This document shows positions 28,090 through 40,303 of a stretch of 64,000 nucleotides of DNA, piece after piece; position 1 is the stretch's first letter, and the number at the start of each line of letters is the position of its first letter. The position numbers and the translations under genes were made by a program. The DNA is from Minisyncoccota bacterium (lineage in GTDB: Bacteria; Patescibacteriota; Minisyncoccia; Phycocordibacterales; JAQTLZ01). The DNA lies in contig JAQTLZ010000004.1 of NCBI GenBank assembly GCA_028714635.1, forward strand, positions 32,354 through 96,353, read 5' to 3'. The notes under the pieces were generated by a model. It ran no database searches. It saw nothing but the letters and a program-made list of their open reading frames with translations, and was not told the origin of the DNA.

Positions 28090-28171
28090 CCCGTTAGAAG
28101 CTAGCTTCGATTATTTTATAAACCTTCAAATTAAGCACGGTTTGCAGATGTTGGTTGCTTCTAACGGGATC
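28087..28171. repeat. 85-bp MITE-like element, copy A. It has 14-bp terminal inverted repeats ATCCCGTTAGAAGC and an internal GAAGCTAGCTTC palindrome.
   Basis: catcccgttagaagctagcttcgattat...gcttctaacgggat. The other copies are at 36101-36185 and 51704-51788 (inverted). Confidence 0.7.
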
Positions 28172-28182
28172 CATCCTCTTAG

Positions 28183-29598
28183 TTAAAAAGATGTCTTGGG
28201 GCCTTCCGACCCCTTTTTATACGAGAGAAGCGGGAGAGATTCCCAATGTTTGATGATGGGACTTACATATTTCCACGTCAGGTCTACTTCGCTTGTCGAG
28301 GGGAAAAGCGTCTGGTCTCCGCGGATACAATCGTAGAGCACTTTTTCGTAGGCGTCAGGAAGGGCTTTTTCTTCTACGCTTTCCCGATAAACATAGGATA
28401 GGTCTTTCGGTTCGACGGAAGAATCAAATCCAGGTTTTTTCATAAAATATTCTATAGAAATTCCTTCATTTGGTTGGATGGTGAATGTGATTTTGTTGCG
28501 GTGCTCGTGACCGTCGCCATTTGGACAAAGGCAGGTCGTGCAGGGTTTAAAAATCACCACAATTTCAGTCCGCATTTCGCTCAGAGCCTTTCCGCTTTCA
28601 AGATAAAAAGGTACATCCCGCCATCGTTCGTTATTGACGAACGCTTTGAGTTTGAAATATGTTTCGGTCGTGGATTCGGGATTTACATTCGACTCTCCTC
28701 GATAGCCTTCATATTGCGCGCGGACTGCATATTCTTCAATGTTTTTTACCGCCATAGGTACTAGCTTTTCAAATACTCGTGCCCGTTCTCGGCGGATACT
28801 CTCTGGTGTAAGGTTCCTTGGTCTTTCCATTGCTACAAGCGCGAGCATTTGCAAGATATGATTTTGTCCGACGTCTCGAAGCGCGCCGGTTGAATCATAG
28901 AAAGTTCCGCGCCCCAAAATATCGAGAGTTTCGAATAGTTTTACAGAAACCGATTCTATATGTTCTCCGCTCCAAAGATGTTCGAAAAGAGCGTTGGAAA
29001 AGCGGAATGTCAAGATATTTTGAAGCGTTTCTTTTGCTAAATAGTGGTCAATGCGAAAAATCTGCTCTTCTTCAAAGAGGTCAGAAAGGTGATGGTCGAG
29101 CTTGTGTGCAGTCTCTACGTCTCTTCCAAATGGCTTTTCAATGAGGACTCGTGTCCAACCCATATCGCCCCCGCATGGAATAGTAAGTCCAGAAAAGGAA
29201 AGGTGTCCAAGAATTCCTTCGTAGAGATCTGGAGGAACGGCTAGGTAGAAAAGTTTATTCGAGCATTGCCCGAGTCCGCCATCAATTTTTGAGAGCGTGT
29301 CCGAAAGATTTTTGTACGAATCAGCATTATCAAATGAACCTTCTCGGTAGCTTAAGTGATTAAGAAAATCAGAGAGATCGCTTTCACTCGCGGGCATCTT
29401 TTTGGTAATGAGCGTCTCTTTTATAAAATTCCTGAACTCGTCCGTAGAAAGGGAGCGGCGGGAGAAACCAACGATCTGGTATTTTGAAGGCAGAAACCCT
29501 TTCGTATGAAGCTCATAGAGAGACGGAAAAAGCTTTCTTTGAGACAAATCTCCCGTAACGCCGAATATGACAATTGTGGTGGGAGAAGTGGTCTCCAT
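28183..29598 (-). CDS. zwf: Glucose-6-phosphate 1-dehydrogenase.
   Basis: GVTGDLSQRKLFPSLY and RIDHYLAKE motifs. Confidence 0.9.
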   Translation of the reverse strand: METTSPTTIVIFGVTGDLSQRKLFPSLYELHTKGFLPSKYQIVGFSRRSLSTDEFRNFIKETLITKKMPASESDLSDFLNHLSYREGSFDNADSYKNLSDTLSKIDGGLGQCSNKLFYLAVPPDLYEGILGHLSFSGLTIPCGGDMGWTRVLIEKPFGRDVETAHKLDHHLSDLFEEEQIFRIDHYLAKETLQNILTFRFSNALFEHLWSGEHIESVSVKLFETLDILGRGTFYDSTGALRDVGQNHILQMLALVAMERPRNLTPESIRRERARVFEKLVPMAVKNIEEYAVRAQYEGYRGESNVNPESTTETYFKLKAFVNNERWRDVPFYLESGKALSEMRTEIVVIFKPCTTCLCPNGDGHEHRNKITFTIQPNEGISIEYFMKKPGFDSSVEPKDLSYVYRESVEEKALPDAYEKVLYDCIRGDQTLFPSTSEVDLTWKYVSPIIKHWESLPLLSYKKGSEGPKTSF

Positions 29599-29672
29599 GT
29601 AAAAAGTATATCAGACAGGCATATATTCTCATATAAAGAAATAAGGAACGGTCGCGAGCACGTTCCTTGGAC

Positions 29673-30032
29673 TTATGGAGGCAAAATTTCTGCCTTATCT
29701 GGTTCGAATGGGAGTTTGTCGCGGGTCAACAACCTTACTTCGATTCCGGTATCGATGTCGAGGACGTCCGCAATCTCTCGCGCGTTGCAGGTTGCCTCGA
29801 TGACGATCTTAAGTCTTCCCGGGTCTTTCATGAAACCATTGGTGTAAACGATAAATCTGCGTTCCACCAAAGTATTGATTTCATGTTCAGACCACCCACC
29901 CATTCGCGTAACCAATGAGTAAAGCTTGGGCTTCTCTTCAACCACAGTTGTGGTCTTCTGGCCACCTCTCCTGCCTTTCCCCAAATGCCTCCGGTGAGGA
30001 AAGTCTGCTGAGAGACGTATTTTTCTGTCCAC
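29673..30032 (-). CDS. Hypothetical small protein with an uncertain start. The alternative start MGGWSE at 29903 would give 76 aa.
   Basis: ORF-track ORF. The 5' third sits in a GC-rich stretch that may be noncoding. Confidence 0.3.
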   Translation of the reverse strand: MDRKIRLSADFPHRRHLGKGRRGGQKTTTVVEEKPKLYSLVTRMGGWSEHEINTLVERRFIVYTNGFMKDPGRLKIVIEATCNAREIADVLDIDTGIEVRLLTRDKLPFEPDKAEILPP

Positions 30033-30117
30033 TGCCTTTTCCTCCGTTTGGGGTTAACTTTGATGTTATGTTCACAGAGAGCCCGAGAACTGCTCTAATT
30101 CTTACTGTACAACTAGG

Positions 30118-30762
30118 CTATATTTTGTCAAAGTCAATGGTTTTCCCCAGCTCCATTTCTTGAAAAAAGATTTTACGGGGAGAAAACGCTATTTTTGATA
30201 ATCTATCGGTAATTTCAGTGTTTTTAAGGCCTCCATCGTGTACAGGAAAGATGATTTTCGGCTTACAGGCGAGCGCGAAATCAAAACTTTCTGAAATTTT
30301 GAGCCACGGTCCCGCTACTGGCAGGGCAAGAATTTCCGGCAGTTTAGGGGGGATATGAAGCGCGTCTCCCGGGTAATACAGACGGTTTGAAATAAAGTAT
30401 CCTGTGTTTTGAACTCGGGGAATCGTTTCGTAAACTTCGGCGTGGATGGTACCGAAGCCTTCGATTAAAACTCCTTCCTGTGTTTTGTTTTGTCCTTCTT
30501 CAAGAATTTCGTATTTAATTCCCTCTTTCTCTAAAAGAAGTCCGACGGCAGTATTGGTCATGATTCGCGCTTTTGGATTATTTTTGAGAACCGTTTTTAC
30601 CGAAGGAATATGAAAATGGTCTTGATGCTCGTGAGTGATCAAGATGATATCTATATTTTTGATTGAATCCTGGAGAGTTGAAAAACTTCCCGGGTCGGTC
30701 AAAATCCGCAAACTCTTTTCTTCAATAAGGAGACAGCAGTGACCGAGCTTGGTAATCTTCAT
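30118..30762 (-). CDS. MBL-fold metallo-hydrolase.
   Basis: HEHQDH metal-binding motif. Confidence 0.8.
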   Translation of the reverse strand: MKITKLGHCCLLIEEKSLRILTDPGSFSTLQDSIKNIDIILITHEHQDHFHIPSVKTVLKNNPKARIMTNTAVGLLLEKEGIKYEILEEGQNKTQEGVLIEGFGTIHAEVYETIPRVQNTGYFISNRLYYPGDALHIPPKLPEILALPVAGPWLKISESFDFALACKPKIIFPVHDGGLKNTEITDRLSKIAFSPRKIFFQEMELGKTIDFDKI

Positions 30763-30780
30763 TCCTCTAGTATACCAAAA

Positions 30781-31464
30781 TCACTTTCTTGCATTCAAGA
30801 TTTCTTCTGCGGTTTTAAGATCTTCAGGATAGCCGATTGGTATCCAAAGATCAGATACGACGCCGTACACGGGATACTCTTTTAGCATTTGCTCAATAAG
30901 TACTGGTAAATAGAGCTCTCCTTTGTATTCGTGAGCTTTGTAATTGAATACATTGTCATCAAGAAGATAGACACCATTTGAGACGAGATTGCTTTTCGGT
31001 TCGTCTGGTTTTTCAACAAGTTCTAGAATGCGATTATCTTTATCCATTTCCACTACGCCGAATCGCTCTGGATGTTCAGCCCGAGAAAGAAGTAAGGCGC
31101 GCTGGTAGACAAGCATTTTCTGGATGCTCTCTTTGTGATGGATATCGTCTGCGTACATAACCAAGAATCGCTCGCCTTCTGTAAGGAGATGCCGGCAGAG
31201 TTCCAATGCATGGGCCGTTCCTTTTTGCTCTTTTTGTTCAACGTAATCAATTTTTTTGCCTTTGTATGAATTACCGAATTTCTCTCGTATCATCTCGCCT
31301 TTGTAGCCGATTACAACAATTATTTCAGTAACTTCGTTTGGTAAAACATCAAAAACGCGCTCGAGAAGTGATTTTCCAAGGACAGTGAGGAGGGGTTTCG
31401 GAGTTGTGAGGGTGAGTGGCTGCATTCTCTTTCCCACTCCCGCGGCGATAATGACGGCTTTCAT
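30781..31464 (-). CDS. Sugar-phosphate nucleotidyltransferase (NTP_transferase family).
   Basis: MKAVIIAAGVGKRMQPLTLTTPKPLL. Confidence 0.8.
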   Translation of the reverse strand: MKAVIIAAGVGKRMQPLTLTTPKPLLTVLGKSLLERVFDVLPNEVTEIIVVIGYKGEMIREKFGNSYKGKKIDYVEQKEQKGTAHALELCRHLLTEGERFLVMYADDIHHKESIQKMLVYQRALLLSRAEHPERFGVVEMDKDNRILELVEKPDEPKSNLVSNGVYLLDDNVFNYKAHEYKGELYLPVLIEQMLKEYPVYGVVSDLWIPIGYPEDLKTAEEILNARK

Positions 31465-31478
31465 TTCTTAAAGAAAGA

Positions 31479-31721
31479 TTATGCGCTGGCTAAGATAACG
31501 ATACGGCTTTCTGGACGAATTTCTAAAACTCCGGATTTAATTTCGATAGATTTCTCTTGCCCGTCTTTTTCGATGATTTTCAAAATTCCAGGAACGAGCG
31601 TAGAAACCAAAGGGAGATGGTTCGGGAGAATAGTAATTTCTCCAGTCGTCGTCTTTGCGATAACTTTTGTAGCCTCTCCATTAAAGAGGGTGTCTTTGAT
31701 TGTATAGACTCCGACTTGCAT
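31479..31721 (-). CDS. atpC: ATP synthase epsilon chain.
   Basis: Start trimmed to the ATG MQVGVYTIKD...; the longer ORF uses a TTG start. Confidence 0.75.
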   Translation of the reverse strand: MQVGVYTIKDTLFNGEATKVIAKTTTGEITILPNHLPLVSTLVPGILKIIEKDGQEKSIEIKSGVLEIRPESRIVILASA

Positions 31722-31830
31722 ATGTTGATTGTTAGAGTTTTTTCTCGTCACACCTTTTAAAAAGACCGCTCCGGGCCGCTTGGCCAAGTCTTAGTCATTT
31801 TAAAAGCTGCAACTTCAAAAAAACTTTTAC

Positions 31831-34157
<2,327 letters not shown>

Positions 34158-34184
34158 TTGATTCTACTTACTACTTTCTACTGA

Positions 34185-35717
34185 CTATTTCTGCATCTTC
34201 ACCCATTCCGCCAAAGAATCTTTCAAAGTTTTAAGGATATCGTCTGACATTTCACCTGATTTCTTGATCGCTTCAAAAATTTTCTCTTTGTGCATCTTTT
34301 CAAGATAATCAATCACAGAAAGTGAGGCATCAACGATTTTCTCTGGAGCAATCGCGTCAAAATATCCATTTGTCGCTGTGTAAATAAGGACAGCTTGTTT
34401 CTCGAATGGAATTGGAGCGAGCTCATCTTGCTTCAAAGATTCTGAAAGCGCTTTTCCGCGAGTAAGGGTTTTTCGTGTCGATTCATCGAGATCAGATGCA
34501 AATTGAGAGAAAGCAGCGAGTTCTCGATACTGGGCGAGCTCAAGTCGTAGTTTCCCTGCCACTTTCTTCATCGCCTTTGTCTGCGCCGCAGAACCCACGC
34601 GTGATACGGAGAGTCCGACGTTTACCGCAGGACGAGTTCCTTGGTTGAAAAGTTCTGATTCGAGATAAATCTGTCCGTCGGTGATAGAAATAACGTTTGT
34701 TGGAATGTATGCAGCCACGTCTCCAAGCTGTGTTTCGATGATTGGAAGCGAAGTAAGCGAGCCTCCCCCATTTTCTTTCGAAAGTTTTGCTGATCGCTCG
34801 AGAAGTCTTGAGTGGAGATAGAAAATGTCTCCAGGATAAGCTTCACGGCCTGGCGGACGTCGGAGAAGAAGAGAAATTTCTCGATATGCTGTCGCCTGCT
34901 TTGAAAGATCGTCGTAAATCACGAGGGCATCTTTCCCTTTGTACATAAAATATTCTCCGATGGCGGTTGCACTGTATGGAGCCAAATATCGCATTGAAGT
35001 CGGAGCAGAAGATGGAGCAGAGACGACAATCGTGTATTTCATCGCGCCCGCAGCTTCAAGGGTCGCAATAATTTTTGCAATTTTTGATTCCTTCTGTCCG
35101 ATTGCGACGTAAATACAGATTGGTGTCTGGAACCGAGTATCGTTTTTCTGATTGATGATGGTGTCGATGCAAATAGACGTCTTACCCACTTGTCGATCTC
35201 CAATGACGAGCTGTCTCTGCCCTCGGCCGATCGGAATCATCGAGTCGATAGCTTTGATTCCGGTGTGAATCGGAGTATTTACAGGAGAACGTGCGATAAC
35301 AGACGGTGCTGTTCGTTCTGTAGGATAAAATTCGTGTTTTGAACCAGTTTTAAAAATAGGGCCTTTGCCATCAAGGGGATTTCCAAGAGGGTCAACCACT
35401 CGTCCGATCATTTCGTTCCCTACTGGTACAGAAAGCACGCGTCCTGCGTGAGTAACGATATCCCCCTCTTTAATTTTTTTATAATCTCCGAGAACGATAA
35501 CTCCGACGCTGTCTTCTTCGAGGTTGAAAGCCACGCCGGAAACTTTGCCAGAACTTGTTTCAAATTCCACCATTTCCTGCATCGAAACGTCAGAAAGTCC
35601 CGAAAGGCGGGCAATTCCGTCTCCCACTTCGGTCACTTTCCCGATCTTTTGGGCACGAGCTTCTCGTTTGTACCCAGTGATCTCATTTTTCAGATTTTCG
35701 ATGATTGGTGAAGGCAT
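34185..35717 (-). CDS. atpA: ATP synthase subunit alpha.
   Basis: GDRQVGKT Walker A motif and overall alpha-subunit sequence. Confidence 0.95.
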   Translation of the reverse strand: MPSPIIENLKNEITGYKREARAQKIGKVTEVGDGIARLSGLSDVSMQEMVEFETSSGKVSGVAFNLEEDSVGVIVLGDYKKIKEGDIVTHAGRVLSVPVGNEMIGRVVDPLGNPLDGKGPIFKTGSKHEFYPTERTAPSVIARSPVNTPIHTGIKAIDSMIPIGRGQRQLVIGDRQVGKTSICIDTIINQKNDTRFQTPICIYVAIGQKESKIAKIIATLEAAGAMKYTIVVSAPSSAPTSMRYLAPYSATAIGEYFMYKGKDALVIYDDLSKQATAYREISLLLRRPPGREAYPGDIFYLHSRLLERSAKLSKENGGGSLTSLPIIETQLGDVAAYIPTNVISITDGQIYLESELFNQGTRPAVNVGLSVSRVGSAAQTKAMKKVAGKLRLELAQYRELAAFSQFASDLDESTRKTLTRGKALSESLKQDELAPIPFEKQAVLIYTATNGYFDAIAPEKIVDASLSVIDYLEKMHKEKIFEAIKKSGEMSDDILKTLKDSLAEWVKMQK

Positions 35718-35719
35718 AA

Positions 35720-36103
35720 TTATGCGTTTATAAAAAGATTGTTAATGTGTTTGAGCGCGCTTGAATCGATAAAGACGGAATTATTTAAAAGTATTCGGAT
35801 TCCAGCGATAAGTCTTGGATTTACTTTTTCTTCGAGGAGTACTTTGTCTTTAAATATTCCTTCAATTTCTTTTCTTGTTTTTGCGGTCAAGGGATACGCT
35901 GATTCAACTTCTACTTTTGTCAGACCGTTCTTTTCGACAAATATTTTCTCGAAATGTTTGAGAATAAGCGGCAATCGAATCCAGTCTTTGTTTTTCTTTA
36001 CCGTCTGAACAAAATGCTGGATAAGTTTTTTTTCTTCTCCTTTTTTCGCTCCTTCCAGTGTCTCGTAGAGCGCTTCAGCATATTGTTTCGGCTTGTATTT
36101 CAT
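35720..36103 (-). CDS. atpH: ATP synthase delta (OSCP) subunit, a short form.
   Basis: Position between atpF and atpA, and OSCP-like sequence. It is 127 aa. Confidence 0.7.
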   Translation of the reverse strand: MKYKPKQYAEALYETLEGAKKGEEKKLIQHFVQTVKKNKDWIRLPLILKHFEKIFVEKNGLTKVEVESAYPLTAKTRKEIEGIFKDKVLLEEKVNPRLIAGIRILLNNSVFIDSSALKHINNLFINA

Positions 36104-36185
36104 CCCGTTAGAAGCTAGCTTCGATTATCTGATAATGGTTCGATTTGGGCATGGTTTGTAAATATTGATTGCTTCTAACGGGATT
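36101..36185. repeat. 85-bp MITE-like element, copy B, inserted between atpF and atpH.
   Basis: catcccgttagaagctagcttcgattatctga...gcttctaacgggat. Confidence 0.7.
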
Positions 36186-36191
36186 CATAGG

Positions 36192-36707
36192 TTATTTATG
36201 GGTTGAAGCAGACTTCATCTCTTTCAATGCTTCCGCGATAAGTGCATTATCACGCTCATTGAAATCCATCTTTCCGATGACTTTTTCAAGCCCCATTCGG
36301 ACGAACATGCTCGCCTCTTTCCCCACTTCTTCGGCCATTCGTCCTCTTTCCTGCTCGATTGATTTGTGAGCGCTTTCCACCATTCCCTCGCTCTTTTTCT
36401 TCGAGTCTTCCATAATAGCTTCACCGCGCACTTTTGCAGTTGTCTCCGCAGCTTGCACCATTGAAAGCGCTTTTTTGTCAGCGGCGAGAATCCTTTCTTC
36501 CTCGATTATTTTTGTCTTGCTCAATCTCTCTTTCGATTCTTCGCTTGCTCGAAGTCCTTCCTCGATATCATCGGAGCGCTTTTTGAGCATCCCAAGGATC
36601 GGCTTGTAAGCAAATTTACCGAGAACAAAAGCGAGAATGGCAAAATTCACTACTTGTGCGAGTAGCAATTTCCAATCCACCCCCAGATGATTAAGAAGGT
36701 CACTCAT
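36192..36707 (-). CDS. atpF: ATP synthase subunit b.
   Basis: N-terminal TM helix plus a long charged helix. Confidence 0.8.
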   Translation of the reverse strand: MSDLLNHLGVDWKLLLAQVVNFAILAFVLGKFAYKPILGMLKKRSDDIEEGLRASEESKERLSKTKIIEEERILAADKKALSMVQAAETTAKVRGEAIMEDSKKKSEGMVESAHKSIEQERGRMAEEVGKEASMFVRMGLEKVIGKMDFNERDNALIAEALKEMKSASTHK

Positions 36708-36728
36708 GGCAGTATCTAACCTCCTTTA

Positions 36729-36956
36729 CTAGACGAACTTGATTATGAGTGCAACCACCAACGCGTAAATAGCGATAGCTTCAGCGAAAGCGATAGAAAG
36801 CACCATAGCTGTCTGAATTTTTGATGCTGCTTCTGGGTTTCGGCCGATAGATTCAAGGCCTTTTGATCCGATTTTTCCGATAGCAAGTGCTGGGAAAAGG
36901 GTTCCTCCGATAATAGTTGCTGCAACTGCGATCAACTTAATTGTGTCTATGTCCAT
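36729..36956 (-). CDS. atpE: ATP synthase subunit c.
   Basis: Two-TM hairpin with GRNPEAASK...the conserved Glu-containing FAEAIAIYALVVALI. Confidence 0.9.
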   Translation of the reverse strand: MDIDTIKLIAVAATIIGGTLFPALAIGKIGSKGLESIGRNPEAASKIQTAMVLSIAFAEAIAIYALVVALIIKFV

Positions 36957-37078
36957 TTTTATGTTTTTTAATGGCTAATAATAATGACTAAAATAAAGAA
37001 AACAAAAAAAGAAGCGCCCCCAGTATATCTCATGACTTGAAGAAAGTAAACGTACTTTACTCACGCGCTTCGTGGGGT

Positions 37079-37822
37079 CTAATGAGCCTCGTGTTCGACC
37101 GCAATGCTCAAAAATACAAGCGTTAGCATCGAAAACACCAGCGCTTGTATGAAGCCCACGAAGATTTCGAGCATGAGAAACGGAATGGGAGCGAGAAACG
37201 GCGCAAGCGCGCCCATAATGATGAGAAGCACCTCTCCAGCGAAGACGTTTCCGAAGAGTCGGAACGAAAAAGAGATGACCTTTGCAAATTCACCGAGAAT
37301 TTCGAGAATTCCGACGAAAAATTCTATTGGACCCTTGAAATTGAAAAATTTACCGAAATGAATTTTTGCGCCGAGCTCTCGGATGGCATAAATATTTACC
37401 ATTACTACGGAAATGAGAGCAATTGCGAGAGTGAAGTTAAGATCAGCAGCTGCGGAGCGAGTTAATGGTACGAATTTTGTGACCCCCTCGCTGACCTCAT
37501 TAAATCCAACAGAACCAACCCCTGGGAAAATCCCCAGCCAGTTTGAAATGAGAACGAAGGTGAAAATGGTGGCAATAAGCGGGAAAAATTTCTCCGCTTT
37601 TTTTCGAGAATGAAGCACTCCCTGCATCATTCCTACGAGCTCCTCTACCCCGCTTTCGACGATATTTTGAAACATTTTCGGCACTTTGCGGATGTTTCTC
37701 GAGAGAATATAGGAAGCAACAACAAGCAAAATAACCACGATCCAGCTTGTAAGAAGGCCGTTTGTGATGGGCAAGCCCATAAATGAAAAAAGCTTTTCAG
37801 CTGCAATTTCTATATTCAACAT
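37079..37822 (-). CDS. atpB: ATP synthase subunit a.
   Basis: Polytopic protein with the conserved Arg region (...FSFRLFGNVFAGEVLL). Confidence 0.85.
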   Translation of the reverse strand: MLNIEIAAEKLFSFMGLPITNGLLTSWIVVILLVVASYILSRNIRKVPKMFQNIVESGVEELVGMMQGVLHSRKKAEKFFPLIATIFTFVLISNWLGIFPGVGSVGFNEVSEGVTKFVPLTRSAAADLNFTLAIALISVVMVNIYAIRELGAKIHFGKFFNFKGPIEFFVGILEILGEFAKVISFSFRLFGNVFAGEVLLIIMGALAPFLAPIPFLMLEIFVGFIQALVFSMLTLVFLSIAVEHEAH

Positions 37823-37853
37823 GGCTCATATCATACGGATTTAGCGGAATTTA

Positions 37854-38708
37854 TCAAATTGTCTCTCCAAGGAATCTTTGCCAAACCCCATCATTACTTT
37901 CGCACTTTCCCAAAGCGTCATGATATTTCGATTGTGAACGGTAACTTTGTTTGTTTATCTCTTTCATAAATTTTCGACTGAAGAATTTCCTCATTATATT
38001 TAGAGCGAATGCATCAGCATAACGTTCATCATTTATAATCGAAGCTCTTTCGATTGCTTTCAATGGTTTTTCTTCGACCATTTTTCCTCTCACGGTATCT
38101 GCCCTGTCTTGAGCATCCATTGTCATATCTCTGTCTCTCTTAGCGTGTCCCATCTCGTGCAGGAGGTAGCTTATCCCCCGCTTTGAAATGGGGCTACTTC
38201 CAACCATAATAATATGAGTTCCCCCGTTGAAAAATCCTCCAAGCTCTTTCGATTCTCCGATTTTTGTTTTTCCTCGCATCTTCGTATCTGGCATAGCTCC
38301 CGTGTATACATATACTGAAACTTCTTCGCAGATATCCTTGAGATTTACAATCTCTCCTTTAGAATTTTGAAATGTTAGATTTGTTATTCGGCGATAGTTG
38401 GGAAGATCGGGGATACTTTCCAACCCGCCATCCGGGTCGGAGGAATCTGAAAAATGATTCAGGATATTTTCATCAAGTATCGAATTGTATTCGATTATGC
38501 ATTTTGAGGGTGCACTCCCTTCTTCACTTGGGAGATCAAATGTAACAGTTCCCTTCAGCTTTTCCCACGAGACATCGGCAAAATGAGCCTTTAAATCCTC
38601 GATTTCAGGGTCGACACCCCCCTTCTTCTCCGGCGGATACTCTGTGTCGGCACGTTTTTTAGTCCGTTCCAGATATTTTTCCGGATTATGTTCAAAGGCT
38701 TCTTTCAT
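37854..38708 (-). CDS. Putative zinc metallopeptidase (HEXXH).
   Basis: LLHEMGHAKRD motif; the rest is unrecognised. Confidence 0.5.
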   Translation of the reverse strand: MKEAFEHNPEKYLERTKKRADTEYPPEKKGGVDPEIEDLKAHFADVSWEKLKGTVTFDLPSEEGSAPSKCIIEYNSILDENILNHFSDSSDPDGGLESIPDLPNYRRITNLTFQNSKGEIVNLKDICEEVSVYVYTGAMPDTKMRGKTKIGESKELGGFFNGGTHIIMVGSSPISKRGISYLLHEMGHAKRDRDMTMDAQDRADTVRGKMVEEKPLKAIERASIINDERYADAFALNIMRKFFSRKFMKEINKQSYRSQSKYHDALGKCESNDGVWQRFLGETI

Positions 38709-38812
38709 GTCGAGATTACTGTAACATTTCTCCCTGCTTTATTAAAGGGGGAATTGCGGGTTTTTTCTAGAAGAGTCATACTAGAAGTGATTATTTCTTA
38801 ATTCAAATCACC

Positions 38813-39106
38813 ATGGCATCAAAATCAGAAGAATTGAAACGAAAAGCTAGGGAAGCAGAAGATCAGCTCAGATTTACTAATGACAAAATCAGACTACTAG
38901 CCGGAGAAACAGAGACCCTGGGCAGAAGAAATAAGCAGGAAAAATTTGATCTTGAAATGAAAGAGCAGAAATTAAAGCGAGAAATGAATGAGATGAAGGA
39001 GTTGAAATTCAGAAAGACAAAATTTGAAGATGAATTGAATCAAGCTCGGCGGGGAGCGGAGGACGCACAGAGGCAGGAAGAGCGGGAGAAAAATTCTCGA
39101 CGCTAA
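38813..39106 (+). CDS. Hypothetical charged coiled-coil protein.
   Basis: 97 aa rich in K/E/R heptads. Confidence 0.4.
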   Translation: MASKSEELKRKAREAEDQLRFTNDKIRLLAGETETLGRRNKQEKFDLEMKEQKLKREMNEMKELKFRKTKFEDELNQARRGAEDAQRQEEREKNSRR

Positions 39107-39180
39107 TCTTAAGACAGAATTCCCTTCTTTTGTTATTGTCACAAAACATAAATTCGTGTAGAATCTATCGCGTTCTTAGA

Positions 39181-39253
39181 GGGCCCATAGCTCAGCTGGT
39201 AGAGCAGTGCTTTTGCAAAGCAAAGGTCAGCGGTTCGAATCCGCTTGGGTCCA
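39181..39253 (+). tRNA. tRNA-Ala(UGC).
   Basis: Cloverleaf folded by hand. Anticodon TGC in the loop ctTTTGCAAag, the G3:U70 Ala identity pair, a TTCGAAT T-loop, discriminator A, and CC encoded. Confidence 0.9.
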
Positions 39254-39261
39254 CCGAACAG

Positions 39262-39293
39262 AAAAAAACCTCCATTATTGGAGGTTTTTTTCT
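39262..39293 (+). terminator. Rho-independent terminator after the tRNA.
   Basis: aaacctcca-ttat-tggaggttt followed by ttttttt. Confidence 0.6.
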
Positions 39294-39301
39294 GTATTTG
39301 T

Positions 39302-40270
39302 TTAGTTTTTACGAGCCAGTTCAATCAAGTGCTCTATCAAATCTGACATTTTAGCTCCCACAACAGAAAGCGAATGAGCTATGGAAGTGTTTTCAGAAAA
39401 ACCTTGAAGAGGATCTATTTCAAGCAGATAAACGCCCCGTCTTGGATGGACAACAAAGTCGGTTTTTGAAATGTGCCGAATGCCTAAAATCTGATGAGCC
39501 TGGGCGGAGACTTTCTCCATTTTTTCTTTTTCTTTTTTAGTAAAATTGCCCGGACTTGCTCTTTCTAGAATTTCTTCAGCACGCATTTCGCTGTTAATAA
39601 ATTCGATTCCTTTTGATTTTCTCACTTCTATCGGAAAGAAAGAGTAATATTTCTTACCACGAAAATTTTCGACAACAATGCATTTTGCGTCCTTTCCCTT
39701 TATATATTCTTCGATAAGTGCGATCGGTGAATGCAGAAAAACATACCGTAGGGATTCTTTCAGTTCCTGCAAGGTTTTTGCGAGCGATACTCCGCGGGAA
39801 AGCGAATCCGAAACGGGCTTCACCACTGCGGGCATTGGAAACGACCTGAAAATTTCCATTATCCGATTCTCGTTGTATTCATCTTTGTGCATCACAATCG
39901 AGTGAGGGGTTTTTATGCCATGTTTTTCGAGAATTCTTTTTGTCAGAGCTTTATTTCTCGATAAAACGGAAGAGAGAGGATCTCCACCAGTGTAAGGAAT
40001 ATTATGAGATTCAAAAATATGCTCTACTTGCGCGTTTTCTGAATAATTGCCGACTATAAGAGCATTAAAGATTACGTCTATTCTCGGAAAAAGTTTTTCC
40101 GGAATGATCGGCAGTCCCTGGAAATGCCATGTTCCATCTTTCGTTATGAGAATGTCATAGCCGACATACTTTTCCGGTAGATTTTTAAGAACATTCGCTC
40201 CGCTTTTGAGAGATTTTTCATATTCGCGGGAAGTTCCTCCGCGCAAAACTCCGACACGGATCTTTGACAT
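39302..40270 (-). CDS. ddl: D-alanine--D-alanine ligase.
   Basis: ATP-grasp architecture with an MSKIRVGVLRGG N-terminus. Confidence 0.85.
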   Translation of the reverse strand: MSKIRVGVLRGGTSREYEKSLKSGANVLKNLPEKYVGYDILITKDGTWHFQGLPIIPEKLFPRIDVIFNALIVGNYSENAQVEHIFESHNIPYTGGDPLSSVLSRNKALTKRILEKHGIKTPHSIVMHKDEYNENRIMEIFRSFPMPAVVKPVSDSLSRGVSLAKTLQELKESLRYVFLHSPIALIEEYIKGKDAKCIVVENFRGKKYYSFFPIEVRKSKGIEFINSEMRAEEILERASPGNFTKKEKEKMEKVSAQAHQILGIRHISKTDFVVHPRRGVYLLEIDPLQGFSENTSIAHSLSVVGAKMSDLIEHLIELARKN

Positions 40271-40303
40271 AGAAAAATTATACCACAGAGAACATAGCCT
40301 AGA

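Noticed and set aside
29904-30117. Assignment of the GC-rich noncoding patches (29904-30117, 45115-45405, 53248-53562) to RNase P RNA, tmRNA, SRP RNA or 6S RNA.
   Set aside because: I could not find the conserved blocks by eye: GGAAAGUCCGG and ACAGAAnCCGGCUUA for RNase P, the SRP domain IV AGGUCAGG...GGAAG block, or the tmRNA tRNA-like ends. They are left as unclassified candidates.
31722-31787. Longer atpC ORF starting MAKRPG.
   Set aside because: It uses a TTG start and adds a non-conserved 22-aa extension. The ATG at 31721 gives a canonical epsilon N-terminus.
39130-39354. ORF-track ORFs 39130-39354 (+) and 39139-39324 (-).
   Set aside because: They overlap the tRNA-Ala gene and its terminator hairpin, so they are not coding.
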